Source: Podarcis melisellensis (taxonomy: Eukaryota). From it: DNA of 64,000 nt. Where the stretch lies: NCBI GenBank assembly GCA_964234715.1, contig OZ174275.1. One strand, written 5' to 3'. Under the pieces are notes generated by a model that saw only the letters and a program-made list of their open reading frames with translations, made no database searches and was not told the DNA's origin. Position 1 is the stretch's first letter; every line of letters begins with the position of its first letter. A program made the translations under genes and the position numbers. This document shows positions 49,306-62,349 of the stretch, one piece after another.

Positions 49306-50124
49306 TTTGAAAGTTAAGGTGATTTTAATCTGATTTAGTCCCAACCGACTCCAGCTACAAAAGGTGAGGCTGCTGAACAGATTCTTGGGCTGGGGTACTG
49401 GTTAGGGTTTTACATTGGGGGAGGGTTTTGGCTGATTTTTATTTTTATTTTTTGTCAACTTAAGGTGTTCATATTTAAGAACACCCCCTAGCTTATTCAA
49501 ACTATATGCTCTATATAGAGGATCATAATCAAGAGTCTTTGTGTGTTTCCACCTCCCTTGTAGATGGGTCTTAGTTCCTTACATTTTTGTATAAATCAAG
49601 CCGCACTTTGTTGTGACATCAGGTCCCCTGAACAGTGGTTTGAGCTATCCCTCCAAACTAAGATTGTAAACCGTGGTTTGATTCTGCTTTGGAGGGATCA
49701 CTCAAGCTACCGTTAGTTCTGTATTTGCAATGATGAGGGGAAGTGTTTAATATGCTTATATTTCCTTTCAAAGCTTTCTTTAGAAGTTAGATAATCTCAT
49801 TAACATTGCATGTGATATTTGTTAATTTAGTCTAAATAAAGTAATTTTAAGGTATTTCTTTTTATCATGGTTGGGTTTCAGCATCTTCACCTTGAAGTGA
49901 GTGAAAACAACTAAGTATCTTCCTTCTGTATTGATTATATGGTCTGTGAATGTAGCAAGCAATATAAACTCAACAGGAGAAAGTTTTATTGGGATTTGCA
50001 GCCAATATATACATGCTTCCTTTTTGTCTGCAGCACAGGAACTAAGCCTAGTTCATAAATGTCCAGCCATAATTGTAAATAAGTCTTAATGCATCTCTCA
50101 CTCTCTCGCACATTTTCCCTCCAG

Positions 50125-50148
50125 CTTGCCATGAAGCACAAGTGCTGA
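50125..50148 (+). CDS. STXBP6: STXBP6 terminal coding exon (LAMKHKC*)
   Basis: Pyrimidine tract + CCAG|CTT GCC ATG AAG CAC AAG TGC TGA, the known amisyn C-terminus. Confidence 0.96.
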   Translation, partial: LAMKHKC

Positions 50149-53100
50149 AAATGCCTACTGTAAAGATCTTTCCAAGAGGAACTGAAAAGCTAGATTCATC
50201 ATTTTTTTACTGGAAATACAACCACATGTCTGCTTTTTTCTACAGTTCATTGAAGCCCAGTTATTCCAGTTACTATGTAGGAAATAAGTTGTATTCCTAT
50301 CTTTTTGTATTGCTAAGCCATTCTGCACTTTTACCATATATATTTTTTATTATTTAAAATAAGAGATGGTGTTAACATGGAAATTGGACCAAAGGACATA
50401 CTGAACTGCATTGATCTTCAACATCACACTTTTCCCAGTATTAAGAATGAAGAAATAAAACTGCCTACGGGGAAGATTACCAAATGAAAATAAAATCCAA
50501 GGAATTTGGTTTACAATTATCTCTTCGAACAATTTTTAGAGCTACATAGTTTATGCCTTTGATCACTGAGCAAAACGAAATGAATTATTTGCTATGAAAA
50601 AGCAGCCTTCTCATTTCTGCCAGTATTAATACTCATATTTTGCATGTGCCAGCACCAGCACCACAGTGCAAATCTGGATTCGAGAGGTCAACTTGTGGTC
50701 AACACTACATTTTCAAAATAACTTCTTTTTTACTCTTCTGATTTATTCTTTGGACTGTATAATACCACCGAGAATTCACACTTGAGATGTTAAGGCTAAG
50801 GAAACTGATGATTAAATTTCTAAATGTCTCTGCATTTAGTCTGGAATTTAGCAGTCAAATTATAAAATAGAATTTTCCCTTTGTAAATGAGATTTTTTAA
50901 AAAGAGAGAGAGAACATTCCAAATCCACATTATGCAGGAATCATTCCAGCATTTTAATGTGTCCACGAACACTTACTACACTTGCTGAAGCTGCAGTTCT
51001 GCTTAATGTTAAGCATGCTTCAATTTTAGTGCTTTGAGTAACTTTGGTACATTTATTCCCAACACTGCAGCCTCGCCATCCTTGGCTAGGAGAAGCTAAG
51101 GTTGAACTGCCCTTGCATTGAGTGGTTCCCAAGGAGACTCATAATTTTAGAGTAACTAAAATCAACCTTGCATTTTGTGGAATACTCACTTGCACACACA
51201 CAAATTTTGTTGGTTTTGAAGCTTTTGCCATTTGACCTAACAACATGCACAAAAGCCTCTTGATTGAGTTTGGGAACTGGAGCTGTGCATGGAGTTCTTG
51301 GCACTAGAGCTCAGCATCCAGTACTTAGGGTTCGCAGTTACTCAGTTAGCTTACAACACTTGATCTATAAGCACATCCATTGCACATGAAGTCAGTTCTG
51401 TCTGCTTTGTCAGCATCAGTACCAGACCATTCTTACCTAACTTCCCTTCAAGAGATGATTGAGTCATGTGGATCCAACCACACCCTTTCCTCTGATAGCA
51501 CTAAATATTTGCTAGGCATAGGAAGATTTGTGCGCAGAAAATGTGAGGGTCTTTCCATGACTCTCCAGAACAACCCCGCCTCCATAAGTTACAGCAAATG
51601 TTTCAGGATTTCTGATAAATTTTGCATTTTCTTCTCTGATTTTCCTCCCTGCTTTGAATTTTTAGATCCAAAGTGATATGTGAGCAGAATTTCATGTTAT
51701 TTCACTGCTATCACATTATTGATGCTGATTGGAACACACCTAATAGTTTTCAAGTAAAGCAGCCCAAGAGATGAGAAAAAAGGTTTGTAGATATAGGAGA
51801 GCGAAATTTCTGCATTTTTATTTTATTTTTGTTTGCACAGACACCAGCAAAACAAAACAAGGAGCTTTTAATGCAGACGAACCTTTAAATCAACACAGAG
51901 ATAACATTCATTTAATTAGACTTAACTGCCCATTAGATTTGTTTGAAATTGTAAGAGAAAAGTGGCTTTGTGGACCCCGCACCCCTTAGGAGTTACAACA
52001 GCACAAGCCTGCCAGTTAGACATGTTCCAAATCAGAATAAGGTGGTTAAATGTAATGCCTTCACTGTTCATCCAAGGTGCATTTTGAACCCTTGGCTCCA
52101 CCTGACGCACCTACTGCTCAGGAATTAAATGGGCCAGCGAAATATCCAGTAGAATTTTGCCCTTTGGAATTAGACTAAAGTATACAGCATTTTCCAAAGC
52201 AATTTTGTAACCAGTTTTTCATTACTGTTTTTAATAGGCTTGGGCGAGGCAGGGGTATCAGGATAAAAAAAATAATAATAAGTAATGAGAAATACAAGCT
52301 AAAATACAGCTGCAATGTCAGTTTTGCTGAAGTTAGTGGATGAAACTGGAGATCGTCACAAAGGCAGCCTGTGGTACCCTTCACACACAGCAATGTGGAT
52401 ACCACCTTTCTGTAATGCTGCCCCATGCAATGGGCTATGCGTGAATACTGCAGCTATGTGGGCAGGACTCATCGTAGGGATCTTTCCCACATACCACCGA
52501 GTGCCCTGGACAAGTAGTCACATCATTCATAGGCAGTTCCAGCTCTCTAAACTGCATCATCCAAACCAGCACCAATGTATGGCCATAGCTGAAAAGGACT
52601 TCAGTTGCAGATTATGAATTTACAATGAACATGAATGAAGTGTTAGGTAACACAGTGTGAATGAGGATACTATTTGCAGTTGGCCATATCTGATCGGAGG
52701 ACTACTGCTAAATTCCAGATTTTCCATTGCTTGTACTGTGAACCATTATTCTGTATGTTATATTTATTTTGCACATTTTTTGCATTTCAGCTCAATGATA
52801 CTTTTCTTGTCAAATTTTCAAACTGCCAAGCAACCCCTTGTGATTTTATCACTTTGATGTATCAAAAATTAGATCTTAATTTGTATTTTTGCTATTGAGT
52901 AAATTTAAATTTCATGGTGGCTTTTTTTTTTTTTTTGATAACTAGAAGCAAATGTGCTGACATCTAGTACTGAAGGTAATAAACATCATAGTGTTAAAAA
53001 CGTCCTCCTGAGAATAGTGGTAGTATACGATTCTAGTATTAGATATTTGAGTACACAAGGTATACCGTAATTCAGGTTAATGTTTCATATTCAAGAATGT

Positions 53101-54690
53101 ATTTGTAAAAAGTAACAAGAACCATAGTTTCTTTATCAACTTTTTAAAAGGTCTGCGAAGAATAAAAACCATGTGTTACTGAACTTCAAACTGTTATATC
53201 AGTGAGATCAGTCTTAACAGCCTATTTTTGTGGCTAGCAAAATGTGCATTAATGTGAAAATGTTAACAGAACTTGCTCACTAAATAATGATCTTAAGTTT
53301 GTTGTGCTTTAACATGCCAAAATTGTAAATTCTTGCTGATATGATATTCTTTCTCAAAAGTCCTAGGGATATAGAGAAAAAGACACCACACCATTCTGCA
53401 ATAAAAGGGTTCTTTTCTAATCCTGGTTTTCGTCATTCAATAAAATATGCTGTTCTCCTAGATTATTTGGTGAGAGAAGGCATGGCTGTAAATTTAACCT
53501 TGTAGAAGGATTTTTGTTATTATTCCATACCTCCTCTTTTGCTCTTAATCCTTTTAGGTGACACTTAAGGGTGCTTCCAGTAGACCTGCATTTTGAGCAT
53601 TCATCCTGATTTATTTACAGGCAGATTCGACTTGGTTAGCTGTTTTACTGAGCATTCGCTTTTGTTTATAAGGAGGCTAGATGATGTAGCATCCCACACT
53701 TTCTGCTACTTTTTCCTTTCACTTTCCTTTTTGCTAAAAAAAAGAAGAAAATTATCTTTTGGGAAGTGGGTTTGATGTGCAATATCTCTAAATCAACTTT
53801 AATTGTGCAACTGGAATTTGCTGGTATGTGGACGACTATCACCCCAAAATAGTGACTGTCTCAAGGTGCCTCAAGTCTTAAAAGCTCTGTGGGAAGCACA
53901 TTTTGAACTGGGAGCTCAGCGGCGCCTGCCTCCACCCCTCGGCCACACCAGCAAGGGCTTATTTACACAACTACTTTATGGTGGTTACTGGAACACTTAG
54001 CCATGTTCCCCCCCACCCCTTATTTCCTCCTTTTGTTGCTGGCAGAAGTGCCTAATAAAATATTGCATACTAGAGATCCATAAGGAATCAGCCATTCAAA
54101 ATAAAGATTTCATGGCTCATACTTGTTGTATATATGCCTTAACTAAATGATTTACACAAAGTTGGCCACTGATTTTCATATGTATTCCAGAAAGATAAGA
54201 TTGCCTGCAAAGAATGTGACACTTGTTTTGTGGCCTGAAATGTGTGCAGAAGCTGATCGCTGAAGACTGTCATCTTTTGCATCACATCATTCAGAATTGT
54301 TTTGGCTTCTTGTCACACCTGTACTGTAAATATTCACATTACTAAAAGGTATATTTACCAATGTGCTACATGCACATTACGAAGTGCTACTGGACCGATC
54401 CATCCTCTTGAAGAATAAAAAGCACCATGGCTCTAAATGGTTACGGTGCTCAACTACATTGCTGAATGTTGTGAATGCAAGTTGCAGTTTGTCCCTTCAA
54501 TAAATAGCGACTTCTCTCTTCGTCAGGGCATAGGAATGTCTAGGCCCTTGGAATGAGATGTTGGCCTTGTACAAAACTATAATCTGGCAAAATAGAATTC
54601 ATTGTATGTATTGTTCTGTGTGTGATTCACATAACTGTAAAATGACAATTTTGTTTTCATAATAAAAGTTTTAATAAGTATATGAACAAT
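50149..54690 (+). other. STXBP6: Putative long STXBP6 3' UTR with several poly(A) signal candidates
   Basis: Follows the stop codon; largely free of young repeats; AU-rich; AATAAA at 52978, 53161, 53400, 53439, 54054, 54414 and 54661. The true end cannot be determined from sequence alone. Confidence 0.55.
54661..54666 (+). terminator. Candidate distal polyadenylation signal
   Basis: AATAAA with upstream TGTA elements and a downstream T-rich tract; repeat-rich DNA resumes shortly after. Confidence 0.4.
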
Positions 54691-54954
54691 GACTTTCTGC
54701 TTTTATATTTTGGGACGCCCCAGCTATTACAAAAGTATTGTGAAAATGCTGGCTTTTGCTGTATGCCTAGGAATAGAGGGTAGAATCCAGCTGATGTTTT
54801 TCTGCTGTAAAGCAGCCATCAGCTGAATAGAGAAATGGGAGCAGTTTTTGGCTATTCCTCTCCCACATCCTCCACCCTACCGCTTCTCAAAATCTCTAGA
54901 GAATTGGGGGACCCTCTTGAACAGATTTTGGGTGCATAGGGAGCTGGGGCCAGG

Positions 54955-55112
54955 GGAGGCATTGCTGGAAATGGCCACAGTGGTGGGAAACTTCTGGAGG
55001 TGGAGAAGGTTTGGGCGCTGCTTCCAGGCTTCCCACAGGCATCCAGTTGGCTGCTGTGAGAACAGCATGCTGGACTGGATGGGCCATTGGCCCAATCAAG
55101 CAGGTTTTTATG
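54955..55112 (+). mobile_element. CR1 3' fragment
   Basis: GGCATCCAGTTGGCTGCTGTGAGAACAGCATGCTGGACTGGATGGGCCATTGGCC. Confidence 0.65.
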
Positions 55113-57201
55113 TAGGTGTACAGGTAAGCAGACCTGAGCAGGCAAGTAGTGCTAGATTCATAGGAACGTAAGTTCTACAGCAGCAGCAGCATCTACATGG
55201 CAGCTCGTAACTCTCCCACTGGCTTCGTACAAACTTTTCCCAGGCTTTCTTGCCCTTGTGCCTTGCAGACCTGGAAAAGCAGCTTCAAGGCCACCTTTCA
55301 CCATGGAATGTGAAGGAGGATGGGCTTAACTGATTGCCCATTAGCATTCATTGTGACCAAGCCCACCCCAAAGCTCAAAGGAAGGCTTTTGGAGAATAGG
55401 CCAGCAGCGGGGCTCCGAAGGTATTTATTATGAAGCACTTTAAATGCTGCATTTCCATTCCATTCACTTCTGTTTCTCCTTTTTGAATAACTGCCTGCAG
55501 CGAGCAGTTGTCAGCATTACCTCTTCTATTCACAGGTAATCACTTGGTTCAGAGTGGTTCTGGCCACCTGCTAGAATGGAGGCTGCATTTAAAAGAACCC
55601 CCTGTACCTGCTCATTTGCAAGGGTTGATTTTAATGGCTGTTATCGGAGTATCTCATTCTGAGGAAAAGGAGCAATGAAACGGCCGGCACTTTTTATTAG
55701 ACTGAAATATATGTATCGAGGGGAACAGCTCCACGCACAGAAACGCTCTATTTTTAGCATTGCTGCAAACTTCCATGATAGAAACTCAATGGGCAGAGAG
55801 GCAGAGACTATTCAATATTGCTGTGCTTTTGTGGTCTCTAGAGATACACAGAGCAAGCTTGCTTTTTGCTGACTCCCAACCATATCGTTGGCTGCTTTGT
55901 GATCTTGCTTGCTAATTCAGACACCTATTGATCGTGGGCCATATGGCAAGATGGAAGGGGACCAATGAAACTGATCCTGAACTAATTGAATACTGTTGTG
56001 TCTTATAAATATCTATCAGGTGTGTGTGCTGTACGTGTTTCTTCACCGTCTAGATGTGAGCTGCTTTTAATTGGATTGCAGAAAGAGCCCCTCAAGCTGC
56101 TCTGAGGAATGTACAGAGCTGAGTGTGCCAAGAAACTAACTCTCCTGTGCTTGGTCTTCTTTCTCCCTAAGGTGGTGATCTATGGTGCGCTATGTTGAGC
56201 ATTTTTCTTGCTATTGTTGCCTTGTTCCGGAGAGATGATTTGGGTTCTAGTCAGTAATACAGTCCTAACTAGAAAAGAGAAGCATAAGTACAGTAACCTA
56301 GACCCAGGACGGTTGTGTCCATGTATAAAATAGGTGCTAAAGTTAGCTTGCTAAGGGTGCAATCCTAACAGCTACTTCCCAGCATGGATTTACAAAGCAG
56401 TGTGCCTCCCTGTGCATCTTCAATCCTGCTTAGCATGTTGGTTGAAGTGAACTGGAGGGAGAAAGATTGCTGTTCCAACCTAGAGCTGGTGCAAATATTT
56501 GACCCAAGTCAAATTTACATCAGCAGTCATAAATTTGACACACACAGGACATCAGTGTTAATCTCATGATTCATGCCCTTGCCTCTTCCCCCCTCCCCAA
56601 AATGGGGCACCTTTGGGATTTTTTAGAAGACATTATTGTACTTCAAAAAATCCATTATGTTAAAAAATGTGTTTCCTAGTAGTACGGGATTAAAAATAGC
56701 ATTGCATGCAACCCACTAACCTTATTTTAAGCAAGGCTGTTTCAGTCACTACCTTCTGTTGGTGAGGAGTATTGTGTACATTGAACACTGCACCTGTCAA
56801 ATAATGGCAGTTACTGAAGGATCGATCCAGCCATTGTCTAGAAGTGTGTGTTTCTTTGTGGACATCCAACTGCTGTCAGCTGTAATGGTGAAAAAGAAGG
56901 CAGTCAATTTTTATGGTGGCAGCCAGTCCCCACCCACAAATCCAAGAAGTGTCTCAGAAGAGGGCTTTCTGAGGAACACAAAATGGAGGCCATTCCAGTT
57001 CTTGCCCCCAGAAACGATTTTACCTCACTTCCAGTATCACAGAAACAAAGTTGCCAACTTTTTAGTAGGTGGATTTAGTTCATCCCTTGTTTCATAGAGT
57101 GGGCTAAGAATGCCCTTTAGACATGTGGCACATACTCAGTATGGCTTATACAGGGATTGGATTGTGGTTCTCTTTGAAAACCAATGTTTTCTCCTTTAGT
57201 C

Positions 57202-57540
57202 CAGGTGTGGAGGAGCTTTGGCCTTCCAGATATTGCTTAACTACAGCTCCCATTAGCCCCAGCAAGTGTAGCCAATAACCAAAGATGACAGGGTTAAAAA
57301 ATTGTCCAGTAGCACCTTAGAGACCAACTAAGTTTGTTCTGTGTATAAGCTTTAATGTAGACACGAAAGCTTATACCCAGAACAAACTTAGTTGGTCTCT
57401 AAGGTGCTACTGGACAATTTTTAAATTTTTTTATTTATTTTGACTGCATCAGACCAACACGGCCTACCTACCTGAATCTACAAAGATGACAGGAATTGTA
57501 GTTCAGCAACACAAAGAGAGCCAAAGGTATTCCACACCTG
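57202..57540. mobile_element. hAT-like palindromic MITE interrupted by Penelope
   Basis: TIRs CAGGTGTGGA / TCCACACCTG. Confidence 0.75.
57293..57480 (+). mobile_element. Penelope-like element remnant (inverted pseudo-LTR palindrome plus tail)
   Basis: 57-bp inverted arms with GCACCTTAGAGACCAAC and GAAAGCTTAT motifs; 13-bp TSD CAAAGATGACAGG (57280-57292 / 57481-57493). Confidence 0.85.
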
Positions 57541-58204
57541 CTGTTGCCCATCACATGTGAAATCTACAAAGCTGGGCCCTATGCAAAGCAAATGTATTTC
57601 CAGTTTCTGTCAACCAGAAGATATTTTGCACTATTCCTGCAGTTTTCATGGGTCTGTTCTTACGGACATAGCTGAGCTTTTAGGGCTCTTCTATCTTTAG
57701 CTCTTGCAAAATTCGTGACAATGAATTGTACAAGCTAATTGTGCATGAAAAATGCTTCCTCTTAACATTAGGTCCAGTAACTGTTCACTTTATCCAACAT
57801 TTCCTTGTTCCTGTGTGTATTAAGGAAGTATGAATAGCAATTCCAGTTTCTTTTCTCCACATTATTAATCATTTGGGCCAGATTCAACAAAACAGTTGAG
57901 CTAGTGGGAGCCAATAAAATGCGTCCCGCCAGGGCAACTACCACCTCCTCCTGCACCCCCCAATTGGCTAGCGGGGTGCCTTTAAGAACTCCCAAAATGG
58001 TATATATATGAAATAATTTTGTCTGGGGTGAGAGATTTTTCAAAAAGCATGTGGCAAATTCCCCCCCCCCCATGTTTTGAATTTTTGTACCCCTTTTCTA
58101 AACATCGTGTTACTCCCAAGTATTTACATTTCATCTTCCCCAAATAGCTTGCGATTATTCTCACATTTCTATTGTACTGCTAAATTTGAGAATTAAAGAC
58201 ACAG

Positions 58205-58456
58205 GGAGGAATTCAATGTCACGCTCCTGTTATTGTTCCATCGGCAAAATCATCATGTCCCAGGGGGTCCCCCAACTCCAGGTATAGGATGGTATACAAA
58301 TTTAATTAATTAAACAACAACAACAACTCTTGGGAGCAGCTTTTTGGGTAAGGGAGGTCTTTGTGGGCAGAGGGGATCAGCAAAAAAAAAAAGGGTCTCC
58401 CATTTGTGCAAGTGGAAACACACTTCATTAAGACAGAGTCACTATTGAATTCCTCC
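58205..58456. mobile_element. MITE with perfect 13-bp TIR (Harbinger-like), containing a short LINE-tail insertion
   Basis: GGAGGAATTCAAT / ATTGAATTCCTCC; insert about 58279-58323 with (CAA)n, flanked by CAACTC. Confidence 0.65.
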
Positions 58457-59684
58457 TAAGAACATGATTGGTCCATTTGGTCTGTCTGTCTGTCTGGTGA
58501 AATGAACACTCCCAACTACTGCTTGGATGAGCTGCCTCTGGCCATCATTGTTGGCATCCAACTCCCATCAATCCTGAACATTGGCCCTGCTGATGGAAGC
58601 TGATGGGAATTGGAGTCCAACAACATCATGAGGGTCACAATGGTTTGACAGGGTTTTAGTACCAAATATTTCCACTGAACATCAACCAATACAAGATTAA
58701 TGGTTTGGGATCCCTGGGTTCTTTTTCCTAGCACGATCTGGGTCTGGGAACGGTGAGCATCTTAACCCTTGAGGGGGCAAATTACTTTCCCCCACTGCAT
58801 TCCATAACATTTTCATTCCAAAGGACGCAGCAACCTTTCCTGTGACACTGTTGCATAGCAAAGCAGAACATAATAAATACGCCGTCTGCAGCCTTGCGTG
58901 CAGGTCTGATTTGTTTCCCACATGCCATCCCTCAGCCTCTGAGACGAGCTGCAAACAGGTCTGTTAAAAGCCGCAGCACTCTCAACCCTCTTGACAGCTA
59001 CTATTCTTCACTGAGGCTGTGAACAATTGTGGAGCTGTCGGTGTCTGACTGAAATAATAGCTGTACATACAGGATCATTTGTAAGACAGATGGCTCAGGC
59101 AGGTACAATTTATCTGCCAACGGCACCTTCATCACTCCAAGCCCTTCCCTACAGGAGGAAAGTGTTGCAGAAATATTCAACCTCACTAATTACCACGTAG
59201 CATTAGCAAGGATTCATCAACGTTCCGTCTTCCTAGGTTAGGCATCTGCAGAGTCCATCAATGCTGGATGAGGAGGAGGGATGGACAGACAGCTACAGCT
59301 GGGAACATGTTTGGTTTTACTTTTGCATGTCAAATTAATTCCTCTCTTTGAGCTTTTTGTTGTCCCTTCTTGACAAGGCAGTGCAATTGGCTGAGATGGT
59401 TTAAAGCTTCTCCCAGTGTCCAGACTCTTGTCCTTCCAAGACGCCCAACCCTCTGAGCCCTTCATGTTTCACAGTGTGGGTGGGATCCTGATTACCAGGC
59501 ATGCAACTTTTGCTGTTGACGGATGCTTCTAGGGATAAAATGTCATTCTCTAGAGAATGATCTAAAGAGCATCTTTTTTTAGCCCACTCAGCTTTGTAGA
59601 GATGTTCTTTTCAATGACCCATAGTTAAGCCAATAGTTTCTTTTCTCAGACATATTGGGTGGTATTCCATTTTACGCAAGAGTA

Positions 59685-60027
59685 AAGGGACCCCAACCAT
59701 TAGGTCCAGTCGTGACCGACTCTGGGGTTGCGACGCTCATCTCGCTTTATTGGCCGAGGGAGCCGGCGTACAGCTTCCAGGTCATGTGGCCAGCATGACT
59801 AAGCCACTTCTGGCAAACCAGAGCAGCGCACGGAAACGCTATTTACCTTCCTGCCGGAGCAGTACCTAATTATCTACTTGCACTTTGACGTGCTTTCAAA
59901 CTGCTAGGTTGGCAGGAGCAGGGACTGAGCAACGGGAGCTCACCCTGTCGCGGGGATTTGAACCGCAGACCTTCTGATCGGCAAGTCCTAGGCTCTGTGG
60001 GTTAACCCACAGCGCCACCCGTGTCCC
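59685..60027 (-). mobile_element. Sauria SINE (second subfamily)
   Basis: Highly similar to the 62778 copy; TSD TACGCAAGAGTA / TACACAAGAGTA. Confidence 0.92.
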
Positions 60028-62349
60028 TACACAAGAGTAGGCCCGTTGAAATTAATGAATATGTCTTAAGTTACATCCAATCATTTTAATGGGTCAACTG
60101 TGAGAAAAATGTAGCTCAGTACCACCCATTGTGTATAGGGGCAAAAGTTTGCATAAGAACAAAAGAAGTGAAATATATTCTCATTTTCCAAAGTGGAGAA
60201 AAGGCTAAAGCCCCCCCTCAAACATCTATGATAGAGTTTCTCAAACCTGGGTCCCAACTGTTTTGGACTGCAAATCCCATCATCCCTAGCTAGCAGGACC
60301 ATTGTTCAGGGATGAGGGAGTTGTTCAGGGATGATGCATGTCATCTAAGCAAATGCACTCCCTAACACCCACCACATATTGCCATGATAACATGAGGTCT
60401 GGCAGAACTGAAGGGTACTTTCATCCTTCCTGCTCCTACCACTTCGCCCTCCCCCCACCCCACCCAAACATACCTGAGGCAATTCCCTCCCACCTATCCC
60501 GGTTCACTTCTGGTTTTATAATCCAGTGGAGACAGGGGGCTTTCAAACTGACCTGGTATGTGTTCTCCCATACAGCCACACCCAGCTACTCTGCTATGGG
60601 TGTTGTATGGAGGAACATGGTTGGACCTGTGGCAACATTAGAGATGGAGGTGGCTGCAGGTATAACCCCAAACAGGCCTTAAGCAAGTGAAGAGGTGGAG
60701 GTGGGAGTTCGCCCCTCTCTGAGAAGGAAGAGGTGGGAATGCCTCTTATCTTCGAGGTGTACAGTCTTTCCAAGTGTTGTTATTAACCTTTAAAAGAAAG
60801 CAGTTGTGCCCCATATGTCCAGTCCCTCAACACACTCCTTACACTTCTTAGAAGGTCTTCAGAGCAGTGCAATGCAATAATAATGTTACATTGCTAGGGT
60901 GCCTCTCCATCAAGGGAGGCAAGCCAGCCTTAATGCTCAGTTCAACAAACTCATCCAAACTCTTGAGACAGTAGGAATGCAGTAGTCTTACAAGATTATT
61001 ATTTTTTACTCCAGTGAGCTCCACTTATCTGAGAATATACTTCCATATTGATCTGTTTTCCATGGAGCCTTCCCATGTCTTTCCAATGCCCCCCTCCCAC
61101 CCTGAAATAAGCTCCTTGTGTGCTGTTAAGCCTTTCATCAGGCACTAACCTGCTTAAGTAATGTAAAGTTCATGTTTTCCAAGAGACACAGAGTGAGGAT
61201 TTTCCTGGATATAATTTTTAATGCCATCAAAACCGATCCTAAGCCTTCTTAATTAGCTTTAAGCTTTTAAACGTGTCATGAGTGCCTGCTCTCACCAGCT
61301 TTTCTCCTCCTGTGCCATAGAAACACAATTTGGTCTTACTCAGATAGTCAGAGTACGCCAAACATTTGTATCCTCTGGAGATGTCTGTCAGCAAGCATGG
61401 TCACAAGATGAGAATCAGTGCACCTCACTGAAACTGTATTATCTCAAATCCTTTACAGAAGGAAAACCTAACAAAGAAATCAAGTGGCAGAAAAGATGTT
61501 AATGTTTATCTCTAGAAACAAAATGTTCCCGCTTGGATAAATGGAAATTTCAACATCAACCAGATGACTTCCATTTTTAAAATCTAATATACCTACAGTT
61601 GATAAACGACCACCCACTAAGGCTTTATAAGTTTATCCACAATGTTTAAAAGAACAAACGGTTACATTTACAATTGTGGAAGAAGAATAAATAAAGCTAA
61701 TTGGAAAGTCAGAAAAATCTTCTACATTTGTATTGGACTGTTGAGGAAATGAGTCCTCTTGAACTCCAGCAGAGGCCTCAGACTAGAATAAAACGTTAAC
61801 CAAGTCAGGTTCTTCATCTGACTTAGTTAAAGATCCTGACATGGAGAAGATTGAGAAGGCAGTCCACTGTGCAAGACTATTTCCCTTCTAAAAAAACATT
61901 GACAGAGAACTTAAGGCAAAGCAATTTCCCTCCCAATGGTTCTCTCCCCCCCCCCATTGCTTCCAGAATATATCTAAACAATTCCTCTCCTCACTTTTTA
62001 AGATGCTCCCCTGAGCAAATGCCTGCCCTTTAAGCTATTTTATTGACACCAAGAGACTAACTGGCTCTTGTTTCTGGTTATGGCTACTTTGATTTCAGCT
62101 CCCTCCTGCAGTTTAGGAGCCAAAAAAATTAATGATCTGCTGACTAATTGCCTGGCCTCCTGAGAGTCACTTGCTCTAAAATGGCTCTAACAAACCATCT
62201 GTTCCCCAGCAAAACACTTTATTAGGGACACAATAAGTTCATAAGCCAATAAATCTGAAAGGGATTTTTCCTCCTACCGACATTTTGTTGGGTAACATAA
62301 CAAAACAAAAATAGTAGACATACTTTTGTTGTTTCTGCACGCTGGCTTA

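Noticed and set aside
57297-57422. Pre-miRNA or active hammerhead ribozyme
   Set aside because: The near-perfect stem is explained by Penelope inversion, and the CUGANGA catalytic box is absent.
59030-59053. REST/RE1 site (GGAGCTGTCGGTGTCTGA)
   Set aside because: Only one imperfect half-site; the spacing and second half do not fit the RE1 consensus.
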